From NCBI GenBank assembly GCA_963763145.1, contig CAVXMZ010000010.1:22141-86140 (forward strand): DNA of 64,000 nucleotides, read 5' to 3'. Source of the stretch: an uncultured Acidobacteriaceae bacterium (GTDB lineage: Bacteria; Acidobacteriota; Terriglobia; Terriglobales; Acidobacteriaceae). Of the stretch, positions 33,433-43,950 are shown one piece after another. The position numbers and the translations under genes were made by a program. Under the pieces are notes generated by a model, which was given only the letters and a program-made list of their open reading frames with translations, had not been told where the DNA came from and searched no databases. Every line of letters begins with the position of its first letter. Position 1 is the first letter of the stretch.

Positions 33433-34170
33433 CTACTTCAGGTTATACAACGCGTTCACATGGGCGGTCACCGTAATCTTCTCGGCGCTGAACTCGGCGG
33501 TCGGCGGGGGCGCAGCCTGGGCAGTCATCGAGAGGGCCTTCGCCATCATCGGACGCACCGGCTGTTGCTCGTAGGTGTCGACCGACGCGTACGATAACTC
33601 ACCCAGCGTTCGCGCGCTGGATTGCGCGACGGCGTTGGCTTCGTTATGCGCGCGACGCAGCGCGTCTTCCACTGCTTTGATCTTGGCCGCGTCCATGTCC
33701 TCCAGCAGATAACTGATGGAGGTATCAGTGACCTCCAAACCCGCCAGCCCTTCGGCGATGGGCCCGATCTTGGAGAAATCCTTGAGCTTGATGCTGATGT
33801 TGGCGTCCACGCGATAGCCGACCAGTTTGCGCTTGGGATTCTTGTAGTCGTAAACCGGCTGCGTGGCGAAGCGGCTGATCTGCGCGTCCTTGGGATCGAG
33901 ACCGTTGCTGCGCAGCAGTTGCCGGATTTGCTCGGCTGCCTGCGTGGCCTTCTGGCTCGCATCCGATAGCTTCTCTTCCTGGGCCGAGACCCCGAATTGC
34001 ACCAGCGCAGTGTCGGGATCGGATTCAAACTTGCCGTCGGCGCCCACCCAAATAGCATTCGGAATCACTTTGCCGGATTGCTCTTGCGCCACCGCCCGCG
34101 TTCCGATCGTGAGCCCGGCGGTAAGCGTCATCAACAATGCAACGAAAAGCGATTTTGGTTTTTGCATCAT
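33433..34170 (-). CDS. SIMPL/DUF541-family periplasmic protein
   Basis: Signal peptide MMQKPKSLFVALLMTLTAGLTIGTRAVAQ. The length (245 aa) and the pattern fit: PDTALVQFGVSAQ..., GYRVDANISIKLKDFSKIG, ALRRAHNEANAVAQSSARTLG. The start at 34170 is preferred over the track start at 34395. Confidence 0.55.
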   Translation of the reverse strand: MMQKPKSLFVALLMTLTAGLTIGTRAVAQEQSGKVIPNAIWVGADGKFESDPDTALVQFGVSAQEEKLSDASQKATQAAEQIRQLLRSNGLDPKDAQISRFATQPVYDYKNPKRKLVGYRVDANISIKLKDFSKIGPIAEGLAGLEVTDTSISYLLEDMDAAKIKAVEDALRRAHNEANAVAQSSARTLGELSYASVDTYEQQPVRPMMAKALSMTAQAAPPPTAEFSAEKITVTAHVNALYNLK

Positions 34171-34648
34171 GCTGTCTAGACTCCTCGCGTTAACAAGGGT
34201 AAGCCAAAGACTGAAATACCCCAAGCAACAGGTGGCCCCTTCTCTGGTCCGCCGGGACTGCGGCTTGGCCCGGACCGAAAAGGCTCTTCGCGGTCGGCCC
34301 TTTCCTTCTTCGGAGGCAAATTGTTCCACGTGGAACATTTGCAAAATATCACAAAGTAACCCGCTAAGTGATTGAAAACAATCGGTCTTCTGCACTTAGG
34401 TGCTAAGTAGCGAACGTTCGTTCGGATCCTCTCCCCATGCCTCGGCACGCCTCAACTCGGCCGCAAGCAAGATTTATTTTCCACAGCCGCCGATGCTGTA
34501 TACTCCGCGGGTCATTTCGCGCACTCATCTCCGCGCATACCTGAGGTTGCGCCATACCCGCAGACTCCTGGCCCGATTCTTCGTAAAATGAGGTAGCGCC
34601 GTGATTCGAAAGTTCGGCGTTCGCAGCATTAGTTTAGGACAGTCTCCG

Positions 34649-35953
34649 ATGGACAAGTTTGTGGTTCGCGGCGGAAATCCGCTGTTGGGCACCGTGCGTA
34701 TCAGCGGTGCGAAGAACGCTGCCTTGCCGGCCATGGCAGCCGCCCTGCTCACCGACGAGCCGGTCATCCTGGAAAACATCCCGCAGGTCCGCGACATCGA
34801 GACCGAGCGCAAGCTGCTTTCCGCCATGGGCGCGGAAGTCGAGCTCGGCTATGGCCGCGCCCAGCATCGCACCACTATCTGCTGCCGCGATCTGGTCAAT
34901 CCGGAAGCTTCCTACGATCTGGTCAAGACCATGCGCGCTTCCACTCTGGTGCTGGGCCCACTGCTGGCTCGCATGGGCGCCGCACGCGTGTCGCTGCCGG
35001 GCGGCTGCGCCATTGGCGCCCGTCCCATCAACCTTCACCTTAAGGGGTTGGAAAAGCTGGGCGCGAAAATCACCCAGGAGCATGGCTACATCCAGGCGCG
35101 CGCCACGCGCTTGAAGGGCGCGCGCATCGTCTTCGAGAAAATTACCGTTACCGGCACCGAGGACCTGCTAATGGCTGCGACCCTGGCCGATGGCGAAACC
35201 GTGTTGGAGAATTGCGCCCGCGAACCCGAGGTAGTCGACTTGGCTGTCCTGCTGGGCAAGATGGGTGCGCAGATCGAAGGCGCGGGGACGCATACCATCC
35301 GCATTCGCGGCGTCGAGAAGCTGCGCGGAGCGCGTCACCGTATCATCCCTGACCGCATCGAGGCCGGCACGTTCATCGTGGCCGGTGCTCTTACCGGCGG
35401 CGACCTGCTCGTCACCGCGTGCGACCCGCTTCACCTCGGCGCATTGCTTCAGAAGTTAGAGGAATGCGGCGTGACCGTTCATACGAACGGTGATTCGGTA
35501 CGCGTCGTGGCCAACGGGCCGCTGAAGAGCGCCGACATGGTTACCGAAGAGTATCCCGGCTTCCCAACCGACATGCAGGCGCAGTACATGGCGCTGGCGA
35601 CGCAGGCCGACGGCAGCAGCGTGGTGACCGAAAACATCTTCGAGAACCGCTTCATGCATGCCCAGGAGCTGGTCCGCATGGGAGCGAACGTCAAGATCGA
35701 GGGCAGCCGGGCCGTGGTTCGCGGGCGCACTCCCCTGAGCGGCGCCGCGGTGCAGGCCAGCGATCTGCGCGCTTCGGCGTCTTTGGTGTTGGCTGCGCTC
35801 GTCGCCGATGGCGAGACCATCATTGATCGCGTCTACCACATCGACCGCGGCTACGAGCACATCGAAGAGAAGTTGCGCAGTGTGGGCGCGCAGATCCGCC
35901 GCATCGGCGAACTCCTGCCACGGCGCGTGGCTGCTCCGGCCGTCGCGAGTTAA
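34649..35953 (+). CDS. murA: UDP-N-acetylglucosamine 1-carboxyvinyltransferase MurA
   Basis: [55 protein letters not shown] (catalytic Cys), [16 protein letters not shown]. Confidence 0.93.
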   Translation: MDKFVVRGGNPLLGTVRISGAKNAALPAMAAALLTDEPVILENIPQVRDIETERKLLSAMGAEVELGYGRAQHRTTICCRDLVNPEASYDLVKTMRASTLVLGPLLARMGAARVSLPGGCAIGARPINLHLKGLEKLGAKITQEHGYIQARATRLKGARIVFEKITVTGTEDLLMAATLADGETVLENCAREPEVVDLAVLLGKMGAQIEGAGTHTIRIRGVEKLRGARHRIIPDRIEAGTFIVAGALTGGDLLVTACDPLHLGALLQKLEECGVTVHTNGDSVRVVANGPLKSADMVTEEYPGFPTDMQAQYMALATQADGSSVVTENIFENRFMHAQELVRMGANVKIEGSRAVVRGRTPLSGAAVQASDLRASASLVLAALVADGETIIDRVYHIDRGYEHIEEKLRSVGAQIRRIGELLPRRVAAPAVAS

Positions 35954-36254
35954 AGTTGCGAGTTAAAGAAGATTCGAACCAGACAGCCCCACCTTGGCCA
36001 ACCGAATGCTGGAACGGGACACCTGAGAGCTGACGGATAGGAATATTTCCTCGTTCATCGCCCAAGGTGTCATTCCGGCCGAGGGCTTGAGAGTCTGCGC
36101 GGGAACTAACGTTTCTTTTGGGCAACGGCGTAAGAAGCTCGAAAAACGAGCGCCGAAGGCGCGGCGTCATGATAGCTCAGCACGCAGCGGAGCGGAGTGC
36201 TGGGTTGGGCTTTTCACCAAGCCGCGCCTTGGAGCATCCAGTCTGCGTCCATTC

Positions 36255-37115
36255 CTACGCCGCTTCTGATCTTGCCGCCGCCTCGATCTCCTGCATTTCT
36301 TCGTCGGACAGCGCGATCTCCGCGGCCTTCATGTTTTCTTCCAGATGCTTGACAGAAGAGGTTCCGGGGATCGGCAGCATCACGGGGCTATGATGCAGCA
36401 GCCATGCCACCGAGATCTGCGCGACCGTCGCGCCATGCCGTTTAGCAATATCACCCAATTTGCCCCCTGGCTGCGCCAGCTTGCCGGCTGCCACCGGGAA
36501 CCATGGGATAAATGCCAGCTTGTTCTTCTCGCAATATTGCAGCACGTCTTCATGCTGGCGATCGGCCACGTTGTAGATGTTCTGCACGCTGACGATCTCG
36601 ACGACCTTGCGCGCCCGGTCAATCTCGTGCGGCTTCACTTCGCTCAGGCCCACATGGCGGATCTTGCCCTGCTTCTGTAGCTTCACAATCGGGGCCAGCG
36701 ACTCTTCCAGCGGGACCTTGGGATCGATGCGGTGTAGTTGCCACAGAGCGATGGTGTCCGTCTTCAGCCAGCGCAGGCTCATCTCCACCTGCTGCTCCAG
36801 GTACTCGGGCCGGCCGACAATTGCCCATACGTTCGGTCCCTGGCGGGTAAAGCCGCCTTTGGTAGCCACCACCAGGCCGTTAGGAAATGGGGCCAGGCTC
36901 TCGCCAATCAGGCGCTCGCTGACCGCCGGTCCATAGGCGTCAGCCGTGTCGATGAAATTCACGCCCAGTTCCACGGCGCGCTTCAGAACGCGTTTCGCCT
37001 CGTCGCGGTCCTTCGGTTCACCCCAGATGCCCTCACCGGTAAGGCGCATCGCTCCGAATCCCAGGCGATTCACTTCCATGTCGCCGCCAATCTTGAGTGT
37101 CTTTGCTATTGCCAT
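36255..37115 (-). CDS. Aldo/keto reductase family oxidoreductase
   Basis: LGFGAMRLTG, FIDTADAYG, and LQKQGKIRHVGLSE, within a 286-aa ORF. Confidence 0.85.
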   Translation of the reverse strand: MAIAKTLKIGGDMEVNRLGFGAMRLTGEGIWGEPKDRDEAKRVLKRAVELGVNFIDTADAYGPAVSERLIGESLAPFPNGLVVATKGGFTRQGPNVWAIVGRPEYLEQQVEMSLRWLKTDTIALWQLHRIDPKVPLEESLAPIVKLQKQGKIRHVGLSEVKPHEIDRARKVVEIVSVQNIYNVADRQHEDVLQYCEKNKLAFIPWFPVAAGKLAQPGGKLGDIAKRHGATVAQISVAWLLHHSPVMLPIPGTSSVKHLEENMKAAEIALSDEEMQEIEAAARSEAA

Positions 37116-37313
37116 ACTCGCTCCTCTTTTAACGATTGCGCTAACAACGCTTCTAACAACACTTCATTGATGGATGAGAGCGTCGCGGCCACGGATTCAG
37201 GAGCCCTGTCGAATGCCATGCCACGTTTTCACAATTGATGTCACCGGCATGTGTGATCCAGTTCGCAGCGTTCCCGGCCCAATCGCGCGAAGGTAAAGAC
37301 GAGGAGAATCTGC

Positions 37314-37784
37314 ATGCGTGGTGACCAGAAGGTAATCGAGCAATTGAATACCGCTCTCAGCAACGAGATGACAGCGGTTGTGCAGTACATGGTGCAAGCC
37401 GAGACTTGCGAAAACTGGGGTTATGGCCGGCTGGCCGGACTTACCAAGGCGCGGGCCATCGAAGAGATGCGCCACGCCGAAGCGCTCATCGAGCGCATCA
37501 TCTTTTTCGATGCCGTGCCCAACGTCAATGTCCCGCTGACGCCGACGCTCGGAAGCGACGTGCCACAGCAACTCGAAGCCGGCTTGACCGACGAGACGAA
37601 TGCCATCCGCGAATATAACGATGCGATCCTGGCCTGCGCTCAGGCGGGCGATGCCGGCAGCAAGGATCTGTTCGAACGGCTGCTTCACGATGAGGAACGC
37701 CACGCCGATTTCCTGGAAGCGCAACTGCATTCCATCAAGGAGATGGGTATCGGCCCGTACCTGGCGCAACAGATGAACAAGTAA
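37314..37784 (+). CDS. bfr: Bacterioferritin
   Basis: 156 aa. MRGDQKVIEQLNTALSNEMTAVVQYMVQA, EEMRHAEALIERI (ferroxidase Glu/His and heme-ligand Met context), and EERHADFLEAQL. Confidence 0.88.
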   Translation: MRGDQKVIEQLNTALSNEMTAVVQYMVQAETCENWGYGRLAGLTKARAIEEMRHAEALIERIIFFDAVPNVNVPLTPTLGSDVPQQLEAGLTDETNAIREYNDAILACAQAGDAGSKDLFERLLHDEERHADFLEAQLHSIKEMGIGPYLAQQMNK

Positions 37785-37961
37785 GCTGAGTAGTAAGGAT
37801 CTCTTGCGGGCGCCGCCAGGCGTCTGCTCGGGCATCCCGCATCGGGAATCGGACCGTTTCTAGACTGGTCCGCATTGTTTGCTGTCCCATCCTGGCAGAT
37901 GTCACTGCCAGGCGATCGCCATCAGGCATGCAATGGTCGTGAAAGAAGGCTCACGACCCCT

Positions 37962-39434
37962 ATGAAGACAATTGGCATCGCCTCGCAGTTATTCCTGGTT
38001 TTGGCCCTGGCGCTGTTGGCGGGATGCGGCGGCTCCGCGCGTCCCGATCCGCCAACGCCGCAAACTCCCGCTCCACTGGGCCCCGGCAATCTCAACCTCA
38101 TTTTCGTGGTCAGCGAGGATTTGGCGTATCAGGCCGCCGGCGACATCAATTCCCGGACCGCCAATCTCACCAACCGGGGACTACAGCGGTCGCTTCGCAT
38201 GGCTACGTTCCTCAAGCAGCAGGTACTGGGCACAGAGAATGTCACCAGCATCTACGCGCTGGAACCGATGACCCATTTGCAAACCGCAAACAATTATCCC
38301 GACATGGCCGGCATTGAAACGGTCCAACAGTTCGCCATGTTGAACCAGATCTCTCTGTCCTATCCGCCTTATCCCTCGTATACCGGCAACAACTACCCTA
38401 TCAACGCATCCTATGCGTCAGGAGTGCTGCCCAGCGATGTTGCCCCGCCGCCGCAACAGTTCTGCCTCACCTGCCAGGGTCTGGACTTCAACGACCAGGA
38501 CGGCGATAACGAAGCCCTCGTAACCCGCATCCTGAAGCCGTTCGTCCCGGGTTTTTATGTCTTCTCGGCGCCATGGGAGACCACCCGCGCCCTGTTGGCA
38601 AACATCAACCAGCTTCAAGGCTACAACCTGGCTGTTCCGGCCAGCTATCAAGGCCCCAACTACGTCTATGCGATTTCGATCGCGCCGTCAGGCAGCGCCA
38701 CCATGGTTGCCTACAACAGCAGTCTGGATCCGCCTTTTACGTACCCTGACCTGCCTGCCGGGAAAATCGTTAGCACTGCTTGCACGGCGCAACCGCCGTT
38801 CAGCATCACTGTGACTGGCGGTCAGGGTGGGGCCGTGGTTCCGGCGGGAACCAACACCAATGAGACGGTTTACTTCATTCGCCACGCAGAAGCCCATCCG
38901 CGGAGCTATTGGTCTGACAACAACTATGTTGGTGCGGGGCAATGGCGTGCGCTGGACCTTCCCAACGCACTTCGCGGCAAGGTCAGCCCGCAGCGGGTTG
39001 TCTCGGCGGATCCGGGCCAGTTTGGCGCAGGCTCGAACAGTTCCACCGGCGATTCCAACTATTCCACGATTGCGCCGGCTTTTACTGCTGAACCCTATGC
39101 CATCGCCAATGGCTTACCCTACACCCTGGCCGCCGGCGTCCAGCTCTCCGATTCGAATGCCGACCAGCAAACCAGTGATTTCTTGTTCACTGGCGGCACA
39201 TTCTCCAATCAGAGAGTGTTGGTGGCGTGGGTATTCCAACAAATCGCACCCACAGTAAATAAGCTGTTGGCGAGCTACCACGGCGATGGCCCTACCGCGC
39301 CCGATTGGCCGGACAATGACTACGACTCAATTTGGCTGGTGCAGCTTGACGCCAATGGGAATTTGAGCGTGAGCAAGACCATGTGCGAGGGCATCAACTC
39401 CGGAGCGCTGCCGCCAACAGCGCCGCAGTTTTGA
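37962..39434 (+). CDS. Lipoprotein of unknown function; possible tandem histidine-phosphatase-like halves
   Basis: Lipobox LALALLAGC. The second half carries TVYFIRHAEAHP (RH(G/A)E-like motif). The first half carries the analogous NLIFVVSEDL...LTNRGLQRSL without RH. The fold assignment is speculative. Confidence 0.45.
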   Translation: MKTIGIASQLFLVLALALLAGCGGSARPDPPTPQTPAPLGPGNLNLIFVVSEDLAYQAAGDINSRTANLTNRGLQRSLRMATFLKQQVLGTENVTSIYALEPMTHLQTANNYPDMAGIETVQQFAMLNQISLSYPPYPSYTGNNYPINASYASGVLPSDVAPPPQQFCLTCQGLDFNDQDGDNEALVTRILKPFVPGFYVFSAPWETTRALLANINQLQGYNLAVPASYQGPNYVYAISIAPSGSATMVAYNSSLDPPFTYPDLPAGKIVSTACTAQPPFSITVTGGQGGAVVPAGTNTNETVYFIRHAEAHPRSYWSDNNYVGAGQWRALDLPNALRGKVSPQRVVSADPGQFGAGSNSSTGDSNYSTIAPAFTAEPYAIANGLPYTLAAGVQLSDSNADQQTSDFLFTGGTFSNQRVLVAWVFQQIAPTVNKLLASYHGDGPTAPDWPDNDYDSIWLVQLDANGNLSVSKTMCEGINSGALPPTAPQF

Positions 39435-39449
39435 GGACCGCTGCAACGC

Positions 39450-42400
39450 CTATTTCTTCTTTACCGCAATTACGTTGTCGTCCGGATTGCGGTCGATCAA
39501 CTTGTCCACGGGATCAATCCCGGCCTGCACCGGGAGCTTATCGACTGTAACGGTCAGCTCGGTCTTCTCCTGATCGATTTTGTGCTTTTGCAGATAGAGA
39601 TACTTTCCATTGGCATCCAGCACGCCAATATCGATCATGTCGTTCAAGGGAACCGCATGTTCCTCGCCCCGGCCGTTGGCGCGGAACTTCTTGGCCTCGA
39701 CTGTTAAGTGCACGTCATATTTGCCATCGGGCCGCTGTACGTAATCGGCGGAAAGGGCGCGATCGTCGTACAGGGTGATGTTCAGGAACATGTCGTCGAA
39801 CAGATACTGATATTCGGGAGGCGTCACCTTGCGGAAGTAGCCTTCCAGATCGAGCGAAGTCGGGTACGGCGGACCCTTGAAGGCAAACTCCTTCAGGAAG
39901 CCGCGAATTGCCTCGTTGACCTTGTCCTCGCCGATGTAGTCCTGTAGCGCGTACATCACCATCGCGCCCTTGTTGTAGTGAATGTATCCCTGATTGGGAT
40001 CGACATTGTACAGCGGATATTCTTCGTTGCGTTCCTGGGCGCGGCCGCGGAGATACTGGTCAAGTTCAAAGCGCAGGAACTTCTGCATTGATTCCGCCCC
40101 GAAGTGGTGCTTCATCACCATCAGCGCGGTGTACTGCGCCATGGTTTCGTCGATTGAGGTAGCGCCTTGCACGTAGCCGGAAATCACCTGATGCGCCCAC
40201 CACTGGTGTCCGGTCTCATGCGCGGTCACGTAGAAGGGAAGGTCGACCGCATCCGATTTCTTGCTGACCTTGGTGATGAAGCCGATGGCCTCCGAGAACG
40301 GAATGGTGTTGGCGAACGACTCGGCAAAGGTTCCGTAGCCCGGAAATTCGATGATGCGAAGCTGGTGGAACTGGAAAGGGCTGAAGTTCGCGGTGCAGTA
40401 GTCCAGCGTCTCCTTCATGCTCTGCATCATGTCGTCCAGGTTGAACTCGTGTCCCGGCTGGTAATAGATCTCCAGGTTGACGCCGTTCCAGTGGTCGCGG
40501 CGCACCGCGTAGCGCGCCGATTGGATTGAGTAGATGTCCAGGATGGGCGCATCCATCTTGTAATGGAAGTAGCGCCGCCCGTTTTCCACCCATTCCTTCT
40601 GAAGATATCCCGGAGCAATTGCAATCTGATCTTCACTGGTGCTGAGGGTGACGTCCAGATTGATCCAGTCGGCGTTGAAGCTGACGCTGTTGTATTGCCG
40701 CGCGGCCAGGTCATCCGGCCTCGATAGCCGGCGCACCTTCTCCAGTCCATGCTTGTGGCGCGTACTGTCGTCCGTCAATTCGATCTCGGGCGCATACCCG
40801 ATGTAAGGAAGGTAGCGATCGTTGACGAAGCTCCCGTTGCGCACAATGTCGGTATTGGGTTGCGAATTCTCGAAGCCCGGGTTGTCGTACTGCAATGCAA
40901 AATCAAGTTGAATGCGGCCATGCGGCGGCAACGGCGCGGGAAGCTTGTAAAGATAGAAGCCGAGCGATGGGTCCTCGATCAGCGCAGTCTGCCCGCCCGT
41001 GAAGTTGAGGCGGTCGATCCGAATATGGGGCACAGGCCGCGGAATGAGATCGACGGGCTGCACCGTCACGGCAATGCGGTCGATAGCTACGTTCGTCCTG
41101 TTTTCCATCCACATGGTGCCATGGGCGGAGACCGACCGCTTTTCCGGGTAGATGTCAATCTCTGTCGTCACGTCGGTAACGCGCGGTTGCGGTAGCGACC
41201 AGTACTGCCGGTATTTCTTCTCATACTGGGCGCGCCCTTCGTCGACATTGCGGGCGGTGCGATAGGGATTGAGAATGTGCGTGTTGTAGAAGATATAGCC
41301 GCCGACGCCCAGCATCAGCACGACGCAGACAGTTGCGCCTGCCATCGTCGCTCGCGAGAATCTTGCTGCCGCAAGACTCATCCGCACCCGCCAGCTGCTC
41401 TCCGTGCCTCGCACCCAGAGCAGGTTGGTCAGGATCGCCAGCAGCACTGCGGCGATTGCCCAGTAAATCCGGAACCACACGAGCGGCTGAAGGTAAGGAC
41501 CATAGCCATTCATGTCGGAATAGATGACCTGCGGTGTTTGTCCAAAGCGGTAGAGAAAATCTTCAAATCCCGCCGGCGGCAGCGCCAGCGTCGCGATGAC
41601 GTACAACACCATCACAAAATGGCCGAGGTATTTGTTGTTGACGATGGTCTGAATAAACATCGCCAGGACGCATAGAATCCAGAGCCCTATCAGCCGGTTG
41701 AAAGAGAGTTCGCGGAAGTACAACCCGAGTTCGAAGTGGTAATAGCCCTGGGCAATCTGCACGACCATGCCTGCGGCGAGGACCAGCACCACTACCACCA
41801 CCTGCACCAGCATCAGAGAAAAAAGCTTGGAGCAGAACAGCACCCAGCGCTGCAAGGGCAGCGCGTCCATCACCTGATTCAGCCGCGCGTCGCGCTCTCG
41901 CCACACCAGTTCGCCAGAGTAAAAGATGATGATGGCAATGGCGAACAGGTTAAAGCCCGCGTTGGCCAGCAACAGCATCTGGTTGGTGACTGGCCACGTC
42001 CGGGAAGCCTGCGGATTGCTTAACCCCGCAGCCGCGAAGATCGAGAACAGAAAGCCGGCCAACATCAGTACCACGAAGAAAACGTTCTTGGTAGTTTCCT
42101 TAAATTGGATCCGGGTCAGCGACAGCACATGCCGCAGAGACGCCCCTGCGGAGAATGTGGGATGCGCAATGGGCAACGCTTCCGCCGTCCGAGGCGCTTC
42201 TTTCTCGTCGACCACCTGCCGGCGTTTGCTCTTTTCGGCTGGGTAAGCAAAGGCAAACTTCCCATAGGTAATGGCCAGGAAAATGGCTCCCACGCCCAGC
42301 CATAGAGCGCGGTTTGCCAGCAGGATTCCCTGCAACGGGATGAGTTGCGTGTTGCGCTGGAACGGTGGCCAGTAGCGAGTGATACGGTCGATGGCCGCGC

Positions 42401-43058
42401 CGCCCAGCGGATCGGCCAATGCCGCGTGCACGCTCACCGTCAATGCCGTGCCGGAGAGTTGCCCCACGGCGAAATACCCGATCAGCACCAGCACGCTGGC
42501 GACATACACGGGCAACATTTTGCGCGAGAGCGCCGCCAGTGCGAAGAAGATCGCCGTAAGAAACAGCAGGTTCGGCAGGACATTGATGACGTACGGTTGA
42601 AAGTACGCCGCAACCATCTGTGGCCCCAACCGGGTCTTATCGATCCAGGGCATGAGTGTACCGATCCACGCTCCCAGGCCGACGCTCGCGAAAATCGGGA
42701 CTTGCACCGCGACGGCTGCCAGATAGCGCCCACCCAGGTAGTCGAGCTTGGTAATGGGCGCGGTGTAGAAAAAGGGTGTCGAGTTACTGTCGATGTCCTG
42801 ATACGTTGCCTGACCCGCAATGGCTCCGGTAATAACCAGGCCAAAGAAACTGATGTAGGTGATGATGGAGTTCAACGCGTAGGGTGAATTGATCAGCACC
42901 TTGCCGCCAGTGCCGAAGTCGACGCTGCCCCCGGCGAAAGCGCCACCGGATAGCAACGTGAACAGGCAGCCCAGCGCGAAGAAGACGAGGCAGTACACCC
43001 ACGTCGAAATGCGCCGCAGGCGCTGTTGAAGCTCGAAGAGGAAAATGTTAATCAGCAT
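39450..43058 (-). CDS. ABC-2-type permease fused to an M1-family (gluzincin) metallopeptidase domain (about 1202 aa)
   Basis: The N-terminal part (about 600 aa) has about 12 hydrophobic segments. The C-terminal part has HETGHQWWAH (HExxH) and a downstream Glu (SIDET). The start MLINIFLFELQQR at 43058 lies 4 nt after the ATPase gene stop. Confidence 0.8.
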   Translation of the reverse strand: MLINIFLFELQQRLRRISTWVYCLVFFALGCLFTLLSGGAFAGGSVDFGTGGKVLINSPYALNSIITYISFFGLVITGAIAGQATYQDIDSNSTPFFYTAPITKLDYLGGRYLAAVAVQVPIFASVGLGAWIGTLMPWIDKTRLGPQMVAAYFQPYVINVLPNLLFLTAIFFALAALSRKMLPVYVASVLVLIGYFAVGQLSGTALTVSVHAALADPLGGAAIDRITRYWPPFQRNTQLIPLQGILLANRALWLGVGAIFLAITYGKFAFAYPAEKSKRRQVVDEKEAPRTAEALPIAHPTFSAGASLRHVLSLTRIQFKETTKNVFFVVLMLAGFLFSIFAAAGLSNPQASRTWPVTNQMLLLANAGFNLFAIAIIIFYSGELVWRERDARLNQVMDALPLQRWVLFCSKLFSLMLVQVVVVVLVLAAGMVVQIAQGYYHFELGLYFRELSFNRLIGLWILCVLAMFIQTIVNNKYLGHFVMVLYVIATLALPPAGFEDFLYRFGQTPQVIYSDMNGYGPYLQPLVWFRIYWAIAAVLLAILTNLLWVRGTESSWRVRMSLAAARFSRATMAGATVCVVLMLGVGGYIFYNTHILNPYRTARNVDEGRAQYEKKYRQYWSLPQPRVTDVTTEIDIYPEKRSVSAHGTMWMENRTNVAIDRIAVTVQPVDLIPRPVPHIRIDRLNFTGGQTALIEDPSLGFYLYKLPAPLPPHGRIQLDFALQYDNPGFENSQPNTDIVRNGSFVNDRYLPYIGYAPEIELTDDSTRHKHGLEKVRRLSRPDDLAARQYNSVSFNADWINLDVTLSTSEDQIAIAPGYLQKEWVENGRRYFHYKMDAPILDIYSIQSARYAVRRDHWNGVNLEIYYQPGHEFNLDDMMQSMKETLDYCTANFSPFQFHQLRIIEFPGYGTFAESFANTIPFSEAIGFITKVSKKSDAVDLPFYVTAHETGHQWWAHQVISGYVQGATSIDETMAQYTALMVMKHHFGAESMQKFLRFELDQYLRGRAQERNEEYPLYNVDPNQGYIHYNKGAMVMYALQDYIGEDKVNEAIRGFLKEFAFKGPPYPTSLDLEGYFRKVTPPEYQYLFDDMFLNITLYDDRALSADYVQRPDGKYDVHLTVEAKKFRANGRGEEHAVPLNDMIDIGVLDANGKYLYLQKHKIDQEKTELTVTVDKLPVQAGIDPVDKLIDRNPDDNVIAVKKK

Positions 43059-43062
43059 GGCG

Positions 43063-43950
43063 TTAGTTGGCCGTGCCTTGCGTAAAGCCGCGGATGGTCG
43101 CGAAGTAGAGATCTTCCAGGTCGGGGACCACCGGCTCGAAACCCGGTTCCGGGAGATCATCCTGCAAAACATGCAGCAGCGTCCTGCCCGCTACCAGTCG
43201 CATGGAGATGACGCGGAGGCGTTGCTGATACTCGGGCACATCAGCGCGCGCGATTGCCTTCTTCCAGACGCGGCCGTTAAGGTCCGCGACCAGTGCAGCG
43301 GGATCGCCCGCAGCGTGCACGCGGCCCTGATGGATGATTGCCATGTTGCGGCAGAGGTCGCTTACGTCAGAGACGATGTGCGTCGAAAGAATGACGACGA
43401 CATTCTCGCCGATGGCGCTGAGCAGGTTGTGGAAGCGGACGCGTTCCTCGGGATCGAGACCGGCGGTTGGCTCGTCCACGATGATGAGTCGCGGATTACC
43501 CAGCAACGCCTGCGCAATGCCGAAGCGCTGCTTCATGCCGCCGGAGTAGCTGCCCAGCGGCTTGGTCCGATGGTCCCAAAGGTTCGTCTGCCGAAGCAAA
43601 GCCTGCACCACCTCGCGTCGCTCCTTAGCGTTCTCGATTCCTTTGAGCTCCGCAAAGTGGGTAAGCAGTTTTTCCGCCGTGACCTTGGGATACAGCCCGA
43701 ACTCCTGCGGCAGGTAGCCGAGCAGCTTGCGGACTTCGTCTTTCTGGCGCAGCACGTCAATGCCGTCCAGCTTTGCGCTGCCGCTGTCAGCTTCCTGCAA
43801 CGTGGCCAGGGTTCGCATTAGCGTGGATTTGCCGGCTCCGTTAGGGCCAAGTAGTCCGAACATGCCTTGAGGAATGGACAGCGAGACGTCCTGCAACGCC
43901 TGCGTCCCATTGGAATAACGCTTGGAGAGGTTTTCGATTTGTAGTTGCAT
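43063..43950 (-). CDS. ABC transporter ATP-binding protein
   Basis: Walker A GPNGAGKST, signature YSGGMKQR, Walker B LIIVDEPTAGLD, H-loop STH. Confidence 0.92.
   Translation of the reverse strand: MQLQIENLSKRYSNGTQALQDVSLSIPQGMFGLLGPNGAGKSTLMRTLATLQEADSGSAKLDGIDVLRQKDEVRKLLGYLPQEFGLYPKVTAEKLLTHFAELKGIENAKERREVVQALLRQTNLWDHRTKPLGSYSGGMKQRFGIAQALLGNPRLIIVDEPTAGLDPEERVRFHNLLSAIGENVVVILSTHIVSDVSDLCRNMAIIHQGRVHAAGDPAALVADLNGRVWKKAIARADVPEYQQRLRVISMRLVAGRTLLHVLQDDLPEPGFEPVVPDLEDLYFATIRGFTQGTAN

Noticed and set aside
35945-35968. Tandem duplication GCGAGTTAAAG-tt-GCGAGTTAAAG that includes the murA stop codon.
   Set aside because: It is real but tiny (two copies), and has no obvious functional consequence because the first TAA already terminates murA.
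35961-35990. Minus-strand GGTTCGAATC, reminiscent of a tRNA T-loop, just after murA.
   Set aside because: The flanking bases cannot form a T-stem, an acceptor stem or an anticodon arm. It is not a tRNA, and at most a chance match.
36030-36250. Intergenic stretch resembling dispersed soil-bacterial repeat elements (GTCATTCCGGCCGAGGGC..., ...CAGCACGCAGCGGAGCGGAGTGCTGGG...).
   Set aside because: I found no second copy within this window to confirm that it is a repeat. The resemblance rests on memory only.
37225-37250. Possible Fur box (TCACAATTGATGTCA) upstream of bfr.
   Set aside because: It matches the 15-bp core Fur consensus at only about 9 of 15 positions by eye, which is not convincing without a genome-specific matrix.
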